IMG/VR virus record: IMGVR_UViG_3300047547_000167
Coordinates: 28,928 to 92,927 of that record
DNA: 64,000 bases
From: a virus
Strand: one strand, 5' to 3'
The notes under the pieces are model-generated. The model worked only from the letters and a program-made list of their open reading frames with translations. It was not told where the DNA came from and made no database searches. Numbering within the stretch: the first letter of the stretch is position 1; each line of letters begins with the position of its first letter. The translations under genes and the position numbers were made by a program. Of this stretch, positions 27,829 to 37,929 are shown one piece after another.

Positions 27829-29199
27829 TCATTCTTCAGCCCCCAGCAGGCGTCCGCTTTCGGTCAGGATGTAGAACTCGCTCTCCGCGACCACAGCGGT
27901 ATCTGGCGAGACAAGCGCGGCCAACAGCTCGTCGCTCTCGGTTGTGAGGTACTCGGACGCCTCGGTGAGCAGCAGCTCCTCGGGGGTGAGCAGGCGTGTG
28001 ACCTCGCTGCGCACCGCCGGGCCAATTGCCGCCCAGGTCTCGATGTCGCTCCACGCGGATGGCCGCTCCCAGCTCTGCTGGTACTCCACCCGTGCGTAGT
28101 GGGTGCGGTAGTCGCGGACGTGCAGTGCGGCCCGGACGATGTACTGGAAGCCAGCCCACGTCTCGGCGCCCCACGGCAGGTCCACCCAGGCTTGGGACGG
28201 CACGACCACGTGCGCGAGCCCCCGGCGGACCTCGCGCACGTTGAACAGCGCGGGGTGATTGAGCACGATGCCGGTGCCGTCGCTCAGCACCAGGGTGTTG
28301 TCCAGCGTCTGGCCGCCTTCCATCAGCGCCACACCAGACCTCTGCCGCAGCACACCCAGGCGGGCCACGTGACCGGCAGACCCGTCCACGCCTGACGTGT
28401 GGGTGATGAGCGGTGGCAGGCTGATAACGCCAGCGGCGCGGTTGCGCTCGATGACGGCATTCACGGCATCCCATTCAACCGTGGAGCGCGCCACGGGCTG
28501 GATCAGGTGGTGCCCTACCCGTTGGCCGTCCTGAAACTTGGCCGACCCCGACAGCTCGGAGTTGTCCAGCTGGAAAATCTCGCGCCAGGGCTCCTCGATG
28601 CGGACATCAAACCCGGTGGCGTCGAGGATGGCCAGCTCGATGGCGCGGGCGTTGTTGCGGGCGCGGAAGGCCTCGCGCGGGATGCGTATGCGCAGAGCGG
28701 CATCCGCCTCGCCGGGCAGGCGTGGCACGCCGTACAGGGCAGCCCAGAGGTCGAGCCATTCGCCTTCGGCGGTGCCAATGACCATTTGCAGCAGCGCCTG
28801 GCGCACCTGCTCCTTGGCCCCCAGCACCTCGTCGGCGTAGCCGCTCAGCAGCACCCACAGCAGGGAGGTGAAGCCCGTGATGTGGTCGCCATTGGACTGC
28901 GCCTGGTCGCCCGAGCCCTCCACCAGCACCACGGCGGACAGGCCGGAGAATTTCGTGGACAGCGACTCGACGGTGAACCCGTCGGCAACCAGCGCGGCGG
29001 CCAGCCCACCCACGGTGTACTGCCGCAGGTCGTGGGTGACGGACAGCATGCCAGCGGTGGCCGTGAGCACGCGGTCTGCAATTTCCCAGGACGCGCCATC
29101 GGCGTGACTGAGCCGGAACGCCAGCTCAGCCGCAGGCGCAGCGTCAAACACCGCAGCATGCGGGTATTTGAGCAGCCGCTGGAGCGCCGTCTGGGTCAT
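27829..29199 (-). CDS. baseplate wedge protein
   Basis: AEGEWLDLWAALYGVPRLPGEAD..LR.RI motif; follows the baseplate J-like gene. Confidence 0.75.
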   Translation of the reverse strand: MTQTALQRLLKYPHAAVFDAAPAAELAFRLSHADGASWEIADRVLTATAGMLSVTHDLRQYTVGGLAAALVADGFTVESLSTKFSGLSAVVLVEGSGDQAQSNGDHITGFTSLLWVLLSGYADEVLGAKEQVRQALLQMVIGTAEGEWLDLWAALYGVPRLPGEADAALRIRIPREAFRARNNARAIELAILDATGFDVRIEEPWREIFQLDNSELSGSAKFQDGQRVGHHLIQPVARSTVEWDAVNAVIERNRAAGVISLPPLITHTSGVDGSAGHVARLGVLRQRSGVALMEGGQTLDNTLVLSDGTGIVLNHPALFNVREVRRGLAHVVVPSQAWVDLPWGAETWAGFQYIVRAALHVRDYRTHYARVEYQQSWERPSAWSDIETWAAIGPAVRSEVTRLLTPEELLLTEASEYLTTESDELLAALVSPDTAVVAESEFYILTESGRLLGAEE

Positions 29200-30290
29200 A
29201 GCGCCGTGACAGTCAGCGCGCCAGCCACCAGCGCCTCACTGGGGCCGCATACGATGTTGGCCGTGGAGCCGGGCACGATGGACGCCACGCCGGGCGCGGC
29301 CAGCATGGACTCGACCAGCGAGCCCAGGTACAGCGTGGCCCCGGGCGGGACGGCGGCAAGCTCTGCGGCCATGATGTCCCCCAGGCGCTGCTCCACGGTG
29401 CTGTTGAGCGTGTAGCCGTCGAACATGCCGACCTGCACGGCCAGTGGCACGGCACGCTCCACCATGGGGAGCACCTGAATCTCGACCCCGGCAGATCGGT
29501 ACCCGGGCGTGATGACGCCCAGCTGGTCGTCGCGGCTGCCTTCGAGCAGTGCTTGGGCGGCCTCCAAAATCTCTGAAGATGGCTCGCCACGGTTGGTGTA
29601 GAGGTAAATCCGAACCAGGCCAGGCTGCTCATCGAGCCCGGCGCGGGTGACGTATTCGAAGACGTTGCCGTCGGCATCCAGCACCACAGGCGACCGTGCG
29701 GCATAGAGGCACGCATACACGGTGCCGCGCGACAGCGCGCCGACAAACTCGGCGAACCGCGCCTCGCGCTCGGCGTCGGTCTCTGGGTCGCGCCCGGTGG
29801 TGATCGCCGGATTGCTGACGGTGTAGCCGTCGCCGAACGCCGACGATACCGTGATGAGCCCGGCTGCGATGTTGCCCACCAGGCCGGGTGTGCCAAACGA
29901 CACGGGCACGCGCACCACGGTCTGGCTTGCTGCCCAGGTGACGGCTGCCGTGGACTCGTAGACGCGGCCATCCACGGCGGTGAACACCGTGCCAATCGGG
30001 ATGGCCAGCGGCGACACCACGGGGGCCGGGCGGGAGATGCTGACGAACCCGGAGGCGCGCGCCGCCGGTAGCTTGGTGAAGCCGAACGACTGGAACGTGG
30101 CCACCGGAATGGCGTCGCGCAACCCCAGGAACATCTGGAGGTAAAGCTCCTCCATTTCCACGGCTGGGGCTTCCATGAGCGTGCGCGCCACAGAGCCCGG
30201 CTGGAAGTCGGTGATCTTGGTGGTGACGCTGCGCGCGTGGTTGATCTGCGCGGCGACAATCGAAACAAAGTCCTTCAGCTGGAACGGCAC
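29196..30290 (-). CDS. baseplate J-like protein
   Basis: ITDFQPGSVARTLMEA, GRDPETDAER. Confidence 0.88.
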   Translation of the reverse strand: MPFQLKDFVSIVAAQINHARSVTTKITDFQPGSVARTLMEAPAVEMEELYLQMFLGLRDAIPVATFQSFGFTKLPAARASGFVSISRPAPVVSPLAIPIGTVFTAVDGRVYESTAAVTWAASQTVVRVPVSFGTPGLVGNIAAGLITVSSAFGDGYTVSNPAITTGRDPETDAEREARFAEFVGALSRGTVYACLYAARSPVVLDADGNVFEYVTRAGLDEQPGLVRIYLYTNRGEPSSEILEAAQALLEGSRDDQLGVITPGYRSAGVEIQVLPMVERAVPLAVQVGMFDGYTLNSTVEQRLGDIMAAELAAVPPGATLYLGSLVESMLAAPGVASIVPGSTANIVCGPSEALVAGALTVTAL

Positions 30291-30298
30291 AGGAATCC

Positions 30299-30916
30299 TT
30301 AATCGCTGACCACGAGGTCAACGGAGCTACCCTCAATCGCCACCGCGCGAGCGGTGACCTTGACGGCATCAAACTGCACATCGGCGCGCGAGGAATCGAC
30401 GCTCGCCACCCTGTAGTCGGCCTCCAGCGCGGACTTCACGTACTGGGCACCCAGCAGGCCCGCCACGGGGCCGTTCATGGAGCCCAGGAGCCGCCAAACC
30501 CGGCAGCCGTACTCCGGGTGCCGACGGGCCTGCCCGGTGGGCGTGATGAGCCTGTGCTCCAGCTGCTGCCGCAGGTTGTCCAGCCCGGCGCGCACCATGA
30601 TGTCGCCCGCGCCGTCGTCCTGAAGCTGCCGCCCCACCATGGCGCAATCCCGCTCGTAGACCTGCCCGCGCTCGGCATCGTCGGTCCACACCCCAACCGG
30701 CGCCGGAACCTTCAGGGCCGCCCCGCTGAGCACCACGCCCGGCGCGACACGCTGCGGGTCGTCGGTGATGTAGGGCCACACCAGCTTGTTCAACCAAACC
30801 AGCTCCACCCATCGGTTTGCGTCGCCCAGCTCTCGCGCGGCAACGGACTGCAGGTCGTCGCCGCGATGGGTTTCCACCAGGCGGTAATTGGGCTCGCCGC
30901 GCTCAAACTCGCTCAC
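30299..30916 (-). CDS. baseplate wedge protein (LysM-like plus gp25-like)
   Basis: GDDLQSVAARELGDANRW; NLRQQL..RL.TP.G...HPEYG. Confidence 0.8.
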   Translation of the reverse strand: MSEFERGEPNYRLVETHRGDDLQSVAARELGDANRWVELVWLNKLVWPYITDDPQRVAPGVVLSGAALKVPAPVGVWTDDAERGQVYERDCAMVGRQLQDDGAGDIMVRAGLDNLRQQLEHRLITPTGQARRHPEYGCRVWRLLGSMNGPVAGLLGAQYVKSALEADYRVASVDSSRADVQFDAVKVTARAVAIEGSSVDLVVSD

Positions 30917-32100
30917 GCCGCCACCTCCACACCGCCAGAGATGATTGAGGTGAGGCGCCCGATTTCAGGCATGGGCACAGGAGCCAGCACGGGGTCCATG
31001 CCAACCAGCGTCGAGATGCCGCCCAGAGCCGCACTGCTTACCGAGACGGGCCCCTTTTCGGGCGTCATCAGCTCAAAGACGTTGAGGTTGGCATACGGGC
31101 TGTAAGGGCGGCCACCGGTCGTACTGGAGCAGTTCGATGCCCCGTAGAGCCCCGTGTACTGCTCGTAGACTTTGCGAGGCCGCAGGCTGTTGGCGAAGAT
31201 GCACAAGGCCTCGTTGTAGGCCGCCGCCACGTTGGAAATTTTGGAGCGAATGTCGCCAGGCAGGCCAGCAATCGAACTCACGACGCGAAACACATTGAGC
31301 CCCACACTGGCCAGGCTGCTGGCGACCGAGATCAGGCGGTTGCCGACACCGGTGGCCAGGTTTTTTGCGTCGCGCAGCACGCTGAGCACGGAACTGAGCA
31401 CGCCGTTTGTCATGGACACGAATCCGGTGATGGCCTCCGAGACGCCCGCAAACACCCCGTCGAGCGCACCCAGCGCATCATCCAGCCAGCTCTTGACGCT
31501 GGGCTGGTAGGACGCCAGGCGGCCGACCGTGCGATCAAGCGCGACCACGCCGTTGGCCGGGCTCCCGTACCCTGGCCCAAGTTTCACGGAGGCCTCCACC
31601 GAGGTGCTGACGGCCTGCAATGTGATGTTGTACTGCCAGAGCAGAGGCCGAGACTTTGAGCGGCGCAGCACGAACTGCATGGGCACCACGGACCACGCGA
31701 AGCCGTCCAGCGTGTCGATGAACAACAGCTTCACCATGGCGGGGTCCATCCCGCGATCAATCGCCGCCTGCTTGGCATTGTGGTAGTCGTGCACCACTAG
31801 CTGATTCAGGGCGTCAAACGCCTGCGCGCCGTCCATGCCGGTGCCAAGGGCCTGGCGCCAGCCGGTGTGCCCGGAGATCGTGACCGAAGGCATCCCGGCG
31901 CCAAAGTTGTCCACCCAGCCCTTGATGTCGCCATGCGCCAGCGTCTGGTGCACGGCAGAGCGCGATGGCTCGTTGCGGGTCAGGTCTTCCGGGCGAATGT
32001 TGAGGCTGACAGCGCGACCAACGGAGCCCACGTTGTCCAGCGCGAACGCAATCGGACGAACTCCGGCTCGCTGTTCTGTGGGCGCAGGGCGGTCAATCAT
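30913..32100 (-). CDS. tail/baseplate protein (tube initiator-like)
   Basis: IRPEDL...WVDNFG...ISGHTGW...RSKSRPLL.QY; position in the module. Confidence 0.6.
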   Translation of the reverse strand: MIDRPAPTEQRAGVRPIAFALDNVGSVGRAVSLNIRPEDLTRNEPSRSAVHQTLAHGDIKGWVDNFGAGMPSVTISGHTGWRQALGTGMDGAQAFDALNQLVVHDYHNAKQAAIDRGMDPAMVKLLFIDTLDGFAWSVVPMQFVLRRSKSRPLLWQYNITLQAVSTSVEASVKLGPGYGSPANGVVALDRTVGRLASYQPSVKSWLDDALGALDGVFAGVSEAITGFVSMTNGVLSSVLSVLRDAKNLATGVGNRLISVASSLASVGLNVFRVVSSIAGLPGDIRSKISNVAAAYNEALCIFANSLRPRKVYEQYTGLYGASNCSSTTGGRPYSPYANLNVFELMTPEKGPVSVSSAALGGISTLVGMDPVLAPVPMPEIGRLTSIISGGVEVAA

Positions 32101-32106
32101 GCCGCC

Positions 32107-32122
32107 ATTCTTGCGTCACGAC
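32107..32122 (-). promoter_or_regulatory. putative late promoter motif, 6 nt before ATG
   Basis: GTCGTGACGCAAGAAT-GGCGGC-ATG. Confidence 0.8.
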
Positions 32123-32131
32123 GACGGCGGA

Positions 32132-32875
32132 TCAGCCGACGGGTGGGTCGGTGTTGTCCGGGCCGCGCAGAATGCCGCTGTGCACGTGCTCCAGGAAGCT
32201 GATGCCGTCGATGGTCACATCGCCATCCACCACCACTGGGCCGGTGATGTGGGTGCTGGGCGTGTCGAGCGTGACTGATGGGGCCTTGATGGTGAGCGCC
32301 TCGGCGAATTCAAGCGCCCCGCCCTTGGCCACCGTCACACTGAGCGCGCCGTCTGGTGTCAGGCTCAGGTCGAAGGCGCCAGGCACGAACACGCGCACGC
32401 CGATGTTGCGCTCGGTGTTGCGGTCGAGCGCCAGGTTCTTGTCCACGTTCTTGCCGCCCAGGTCTTCGTGCTCCAGGCTTTCGGCGAACCGGACGAATGC
32501 GCCGCTGGGGTGGTGCAGCTCCATGTTGCCGTTGGCGTCCACGGTCGAATAAACGTCCGATGTGTGCCGCGTGAAAGCGCGGTCCTGCTCCTTGAACGTC
32601 ATCTGGGAAATCTGCGGGAACAGGTAGCCCACAACCACGGGGTTGTTGCGGATAAACCCCACGATGGCGATCTGGTCCTGCCCGTTTCGCTTGGTGATAT
32701 CCCACTTGTCCTTGCGCGCCGGCACGCTCGGCATGTTGACCGAACCCGAGCGGGCGCTGCCGTTTGACGTGAGCACCTGCACGCCGATCATGCGGGAGCC
32801 GTCGTCCATCATGACCAGATCGACGGAGTGATCCTCCGGGTGAACGTCCACCACGATACCTTGACGCATGTTCAT
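32132..32875 (-). CDS. baseplate spike (gpV-like)
   Basis: OB-like N-terminus, beta-helix, C-terminal HVH metal site; ATG at 32875. Confidence 0.85.
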   Translation of the reverse strand: MNMRQGIVVDVHPEDHSVDLVMMDDGSRMIGVQVLTSNGSARSGSVNMPSVPARKDKWDITKRNGQDQIAIVGFIRNNPVVVGYLFPQISQMTFKEQDRAFTRHTSDVYSTVDANGNMELHHPSGAFVRFAESLEHEDLGGKNVDKNLALDRNTERNIGVRVFVPGAFDLSLTPDGALSVTVAKGGALEFAEALTIKAPSVTLDTPSTHITGPVVVDGDVTIDGISFLEHVHSGILRGPDNTDPPVG

Positions 32876-34428
32876 GGCAGCACCCCTTGGCGGCTGGACT
32901 GTTCCACGAGCCACGGAGACGACGACAGGCCCTCCATGGATGTGCGCAGGGCAAAGCCCTCCCCGCGCTCGAATGTGAGCGTGGTCACGTAGCCCTGGTA
33001 CGGAATGAACTCATGGTCCACCTGGACGATGTAGGCGTCCCACACCATGCGCCCGAGCACGAAACGGGCGTAGTCGCCAGCCTTCAACATCTCGGCGCCA
33101 TCTGGGCGCATGAGGCCGCCCTTGATGCGGGCGGTACCGCGCTCCAGCACGACGTTGTCCCGGTTCATCTCCACCATGTGGCGGCGGCGGCGCTCGATCC
33201 ACGCCTCCTGCTTGACGGACCGCTCGTCCTGTTCCTTTTCGGGCTGCCCGCTTTGCTGGTTGGTGATCTCGTCCCCGGCCTGCTGCGTCTCGGCATACAT
33301 GGGCCGCACGCCGTAATACTTCACAGCGGTGTTTGGGTACTCGCGGGTGGAGACGGTCTCGCTGTTTTCAGCGATAGCCGACAGCTTGCGCTGCATGTCA
33401 TCAATCAGGTCGAAGCGGCTGTTGTTGACCCAGTAGAAGTTGGCCACCGTGGCGTCGGTCCGCATCACGGACATGCTCACGATCTGCTCATCCAGCACCG
33501 GTACGTAAACGGGGTCTGGCGCGTCATCCTGAATCTTGCGGTCGGTGGAGCCATCCGGGGCTGTGAGGTGCAACGCCGGGATGGCACGGTACACGCAGTG
33601 CACACCGTCCTCGCGGTCCTCCACGTAAAGCTCGTTCCAGACACCAACATCGCCGTGCAGCCGCATGATCTCGTAGAGCGACCCCTGCATGGACTGGAAC
33701 GACTGGTTCACCGAGCCGTGCTTGACCGAGATGCTGTCGCCGGTCTGTATTTCCTTCGGAATGTCGGACGGCAGCGTGTCCGGCAGGAACCCAGCCAGGT
33801 GCGGATTGATGATCTTCTCGACCATCTGCCGAATGAACTCGCCAGCTGGCAGCGCCGCAACCACGCTGACACCGAAAAGCTCGGACAGGTTGAAGCTGGT
33901 GAGCAACGCTTTGCCCTCAACATAAGACGGTAGGTGCAGCACCTGGAACGTCTGCCAGATTTTCCCGTAGTCCTGCCCGGTGATGGCCACTTGCCGCTGC
34001 GGCGTTCCGTCCTGGCTCATGCTCTGGCTGCGGTGCACCTCGGACACGAAGCCCCGCATGACGATGGGGTACTTGCCGCCAGGCGGAGCGGAGCCAACCC
34101 CGCTCCACATGCGAATCTCGATCACGTCCATCGGCTCCACGAGGCCGTAGACGGTTTCCAACGACTGGAAGCCGGGCGGCGTGAAGTTTGACACCCAGTC
34201 CTTCTGGGCTGCGTCCATGAAGGTGATGGACCAGCCGCCTGCTGGCTCGCGCACGGACTTGCTTGTCCGCACGGATGAGCCATCCCCAAGAAATGGGGTC
34301 AGATCAATGTAGGGGTCTTTGCCCTGGTACCGCGTTGACACGCCGGATTTGCCATCAATGGTCCGGCGGTCGATGGTTTTGAAAAGCCAGACCGCGCAGC
34401 GTGGGGTTGCGTCTTGAAGCGTTGCCAT
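32872..34428 (-). CDS. baseplate hub protein
   Basis: ITGQDYGK, WNELYVED; lies between tape measure and spike. Confidence 0.7.
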   Translation of the reverse strand: MATLQDATPRCAVWLFKTIDRRTIDGKSGVSTRYQGKDPYIDLTPFLGDGSSVRTSKSVREPAGGWSITFMDAAQKDWVSNFTPPGFQSLETVYGLVEPMDVIEIRMWSGVGSAPPGGKYPIVMRGFVSEVHRSQSMSQDGTPQRQVAITGQDYGKIWQTFQVLHLPSYVEGKALLTSFNLSELFGVSVVAALPAGEFIRQMVEKIINPHLAGFLPDTLPSDIPKEIQTGDSISVKHGSVNQSFQSMQGSLYEIMRLHGDVGVWNELYVEDREDGVHCVYRAIPALHLTAPDGSTDRKIQDDAPDPVYVPVLDEQIVSMSVMRTDATVANFYWVNNSRFDLIDDMQRKLSAIAENSETVSTREYPNTAVKYYGVRPMYAETQQAGDEITNQQSGQPEKEQDERSVKQEAWIERRRRHMVEMNRDNVVLERGTARIKGGLMRPDGAEMLKAGDYARFVLGRMVWDAYIVQVDHEFIPYQGYVTTLTFERGEGFALRTSMEGLSSSPWLVEQSSRQGVLP

Positions 34429-34433
34429 GACCG

Positions 34434-37295
34434 TCAGTATCCCATGGATGGCCGCCAGTTTGACTGGACGCGGGTCTGGACCTGCTGGGGCGCCCCCATG
34501 GGCCGTCCATTGGCATCCACCACGCGCACAGTGATGTCGTCGGCGCTGATGTTGTAAGACGGGGTGGCGCCGCGACTCGACCCAGCGCCAGGCGGCAGCG
34601 GAGTCCCCTCCCCGATCTTGGTTCCATCAACGCGGGCCATGATATCGGCGGCATAGGCCTCGGCGGCGGGGCCCGAGCCGTTGTAGGCACGAACACCGGA
34701 GCGCACGCTGCCCGTCCGCTGAATGTTGTTCTTGAGCAGCTTCGCAGCCTCTTCAATCGACCGCTCGGGATTGCGCCAGTCGTCGGTCAGCCCGCGCTCG
34801 GCCAGGAAGGCGGAGTTGTGTTGCATCAACCCGTAGTCCCGGGTGCCGTTGCGGTTGACGCCGCCCACCGCGCCAGGGCGCATGTTGGACTCCTTCATGG
34901 CGATGGCCTTCAGGATGCGCGGGTCCACGCCGTACTGCTTGCCGTACTTCACGAACAGGTCGTCAAACGTGCCAGGCGCCTCTGCGCCGCCGCTCGACGT
35001 GTAGCTGCGCCCGCCTCCACCTGCGGCTGCCGGAGCATTCCCCATCCGGCCCAGCCGCGCACTCTCTGCTGCCGACTGGTTGATGCTGCCGGTGATTTCG
35101 GGCTGGATGTCCGCCATCGCGCGAACTTCGGCGTCCTTTTCCATGCGCTTTATTTCAGCGTCGCGGCGTTGGTTTTCCTTCTTCAGCAGCTCAGACTTTT
35201 CATCTTCGAGCGCCTTGATTTTCTCCTCAACCTCGACCAGCTCTCGCTGCACATCCACGCGCTCCTTCAACTTCTGCGCAAGCACCTCCGGCTTGTCGCG
35301 GTAGGTGTGCGCCAGCGCCACGGGGTCGAGCGAGCGCGCCTTGTTTCGCAGGTGGCTTGCTCGTTCTTCAAGCGGGTCGATTTTCCCGGCGTACTGGTTC
35401 TGGATCGACTTCGAACGACCCTCCGAGTCTGCGTTTGCGACCTCGCGCATGATGTCCATCGAGGTCTTGCCTTTTCCGACGCCAGCCAGGTGCATGATGC
35501 CGTGGCGCATCTGGTCAACATAGGGCACCAGCTTGTCGGCCAGGCTGGTCTTGATGTTGTCCAGGGCGTTCTTGCTGTCGCGGATATCCGAGCCTTGGGT
35601 GCGCTCTTGGTCGTACTGGGCGGTGAGCTTGGCCAGCGTTTCGCGCTCCATGGGGGTGCCCAGCGAGCGGCGCAGCTCCTCCTTGTCGGCCCCGCTGACA
35701 TCCGAGCGCCCCAGCAGGGTGTCAGTCACCCCTTTGCGGTCGGCGTCGGAGCCATACAGGGACTTGGACAAGTTGGCGATACCGTTCCCCGTCAGCTTCG
35801 ACAGGTCGCCATACTTCTGCATTTCCCCGATCTGGTTGGGGTCCACGGACAGAATGCCCATGGCTTGCCGCATGCTGATGCCCAGGTGGTTTGCCGTGGC
35901 CATGGCCAGCATGCCATTGTTCTTCCCGTACTGGCCGCGCAGCTTATCGAGCGACGACTGCAGCAATGTCTTGTCGCCACTAGGGCCGCTGATGCCGAAG
36001 CGCTTGGCGACGCTGCCCTCGCCAAAGGCCTCGTCGTTGGTTGCGAACGCACCGCCCTCGCGCAGAATCTGGGTCTGGAACGGGTCGAGCCCCATTCCGG
36101 CGCCAACCATGGAAGTGAAGAACTGCGAGGCCTCACCCTTGGCGCCACCTGCCGACAGGGAGCCATTGATGCGCCCCAGCAGACTGGCTGCGCCGGCCGG
36201 GTCCATGCCGGGGATGCCCGAGCCAACCATGCTGGAAAACATGCCAGCGTAGCCCGCCACGTTGGCCACACCCATGTTGCTGCGGGTCTGGGCGGCGGCG
36301 TACCCACCCAGGGCGTCCATGACCTCCTCAGCCTTGGCAAACGCCCCGGCCTTGCCAATCGTCTCGCCAATCAACAACGCGAACCGACGACTCTCCTGCG
36401 TGTTGCTGGTGACGCCCAGGCCGCGCATCTGGCCCATGACGCCCACCCCCTGGGACGGGTCGAGGCCGAAGGCGCGGGACATACCCACCCCCACGTCCAG
36501 CTCGTCGCTGATGGTTTTGTACTGGTCAGTGGTGACGTTCCCCAGCTTCGTGAACTGCGTGGCCAGGCGCCCGGCCTCGTCATAGGTGATCTTCAGGTTG
36601 TCGGCGCTGCCGTGCACCACGGCTTTCAACGCGGCAAACGACACGTTCACGTCGCCCAGCGTGCGCTTCAGGGTGTCGAGCCCGATGTTGTTGCGCTCGG
36701 CCTGGTCGATCTTCTCCATGACCCCGCTCACCAGCTTGCCGACACCAAGGGCCAGCATGCCGCCCATGAGGCCCGACAGGCCCGCGCCGAAGCCTGCGGA
36801 CATGCCGGTGCCAAATGCGTTGGCTGCAACGCCTCCAGCGGGCCCTGCGGCCCCCAGACCGGTCTGCGCAACACGCTGCCATGTCGGCGCGACGTGAGGG
36901 CCGCCAGGGGCCCCAGGATGCGGGGTGGTGGGCTGAGAGCCTGCGGGCTGCGCACCGCCGCCAGTAAAGGCGGCACCAGTCGAATACTCGAAGGCCTTGC
37001 GCATCTGCCTGGCGCGGGAATTGGGGTCTGCATAGAGCCTCTCCCAGTCCACATTCAGCAGACTCGCGCCGCCCTGGTTCGTGTCCTTCATGCGCTTATT
37101 CAGGTCGCCCTGAATTTTGCGCAGCTGCTCGAACTGCCGGACGATCTTGTCAAGGTCGGCCTTGGTCGTGCCAGAGAATGGCGTGAACTGCACCTTGTTT
37201 GCGGCGGCGATCTTCTGCCCCAAGGCGTTGATCTTCTGCTCAATACCCGAGGCGTCGAATTCCGCCTTGATGCCAATCCCAACCTTGTTCGTCAT
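34434..37295 (-). CDS. tape measure protein with C-terminal lytic transglycosylase (SLT)
   Basis: 953 aa, helical; YGVDPRILKAIAMKES...DYGLMQ...AYNG. Confidence 0.88.
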   Translation of the reverse strand: MTNKVGIGIKAEFDASGIEQKINALGQKIAAANKVQFTPFSGTTKADLDKIVRQFEQLRKIQGDLNKRMKDTNQGGASLLNVDWERLYADPNSRARQMRKAFEYSTGAAFTGGGAQPAGSQPTTPHPGAPGGPHVAPTWQRVAQTGLGAAGPAGGVAANAFGTGMSAGFGAGLSGLMGGMLALGVGKLVSGVMEKIDQAERNNIGLDTLKRTLGDVNVSFAALKAVVHGSADNLKITYDEAGRLATQFTKLGNVTTDQYKTISDELDVGVGMSRAFGLDPSQGVGVMGQMRGLGVTSNTQESRRFALLIGETIGKAGAFAKAEEVMDALGGYAAAQTRSNMGVANVAGYAGMFSSMVGSGIPGMDPAGAASLLGRINGSLSAGGAKGEASQFFTSMVGAGMGLDPFQTQILREGGAFATNDEAFGEGSVAKRFGISGPSGDKTLLQSSLDKLRGQYGKNNGMLAMATANHLGISMRQAMGILSVDPNQIGEMQKYGDLSKLTGNGIANLSKSLYGSDADRKGVTDTLLGRSDVSGADKEELRRSLGTPMERETLAKLTAQYDQERTQGSDIRDSKNALDNIKTSLADKLVPYVDQMRHGIMHLAGVGKGKTSMDIMREVANADSEGRSKSIQNQYAGKIDPLEERASHLRNKARSLDPVALAHTYRDKPEVLAQKLKERVDVQRELVEVEEKIKALEDEKSELLKKENQRRDAEIKRMEKDAEVRAMADIQPEITGSINQSAAESARLGRMGNAPAAAGGGGRSYTSSGGAEAPGTFDDLFVKYGKQYGVDPRILKAIAMKESNMRPGAVGGVNRNGTRDYGLMQHNSAFLAERGLTDDWRNPERSIEEAAKLLKNNIQRTGSVRSGVRAYNGSGPAAEAYAADIMARVDGTKIGEGTPLPPGAGSSRGATPSYNISADDITVRVVDANGRPMGAPQQVQTRVQSNWRPSMGY

Positions 37296-37561
37296 AAAGT
37301 CTCCCAGTCATCCGGGTTGTTGGCCCCGATCAGCGCTGCCACGTCGTCAGGGTTGAAATCATCATCCTCCACGTCCTCAAGCGATTTCGGGTCGTCATGG
37401 AACATGTGGGCGTAGTAGTCGGCCAGCATTTCCTCGGCGGTGACGTCCAGAAAGCGCGGGTCAGTGACCGGAAGGCTGTACTTTTTACGGTACCAAAACT
37501 CCACCGTCTTGACCCGATGCCGCGCCAGCTCCTTTGCTTCCGCCGTTCTTCTGGCGACGAA
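37292..37561 (-). CDS. tail assembly chaperone extension (T-like), probably reached by +1 frameshift
   Basis: FWYRKKYSLPVTDPRF; overlaps the chaperone in the +1 frame; no good RBS of its own. Confidence 0.65.
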   Translation of the reverse strand, partial: FVARRTAEAKELARHRVKTVEFWYRKKYSLPVTDPRFLDVTAEEMLADYYAHMFHDDPKSLEDVEDDDFNPDDVAALIGANNPDDWETL

Positions 37562-37862
37562 AAGAGCGCTCCTGTTCGGCCAGGGCGTCGTAGACCTTGC
37601 CCATCGTGGCATACGTCTCGTCGTCCAGCGGGTCCAGATCGTCCACGCTGAACCCGGCGGGGGCTCGAACGGTGAGCACGCGCAACGTGGACATCCAGCC
37701 GCCCACGGTCTGCAGCCACGCCGTGGGCTCCACACCGTCGATGATGCGGGCGAACTCCACCTGGATGGCGATCTCGTCGCGCATGGTGCGTTTGCCAAAC
37801 GTGAAAGCGCCAACGCCTTCGACCTTCACAACAAAATCGGTATCCTGGGGTGTGCGTGCCAT
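37485..37862 (-). CDS. tail assembly chaperone (G-like)
   Basis: between tube and tape measure; ATG at 37862. Confidence 0.75.
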   Translation of the reverse strand: MARTPQDTDFVVKVEGVGAFTFGKRTMRDEIAIQVEFARIIDGVEPTAWLQTVGGWMSTLRVLTVRAPAGFSVDDLDPLDDETYATMGKVYDALAEQERSFRRQKNGGSKGAGAASGQDGGVLVP

Positions 37863-37878
37863 TTTGAGTCCATTCATG

Positions 37879-37912
37879 AAAAAGCCGCCCGCTCCACCAT
37901 TGGAGGGGCGGC
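37879..37912 (-). terminator. intrinsic terminator after the tail tube gene
   Basis: GCCGCCCCTCCA-atgg-TGGAGCGGGCGGC then TTTTT on the minus strand. Confidence 0.7.
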
Positions 37913-37929
37913 CTGATTATCGGGCAGGA

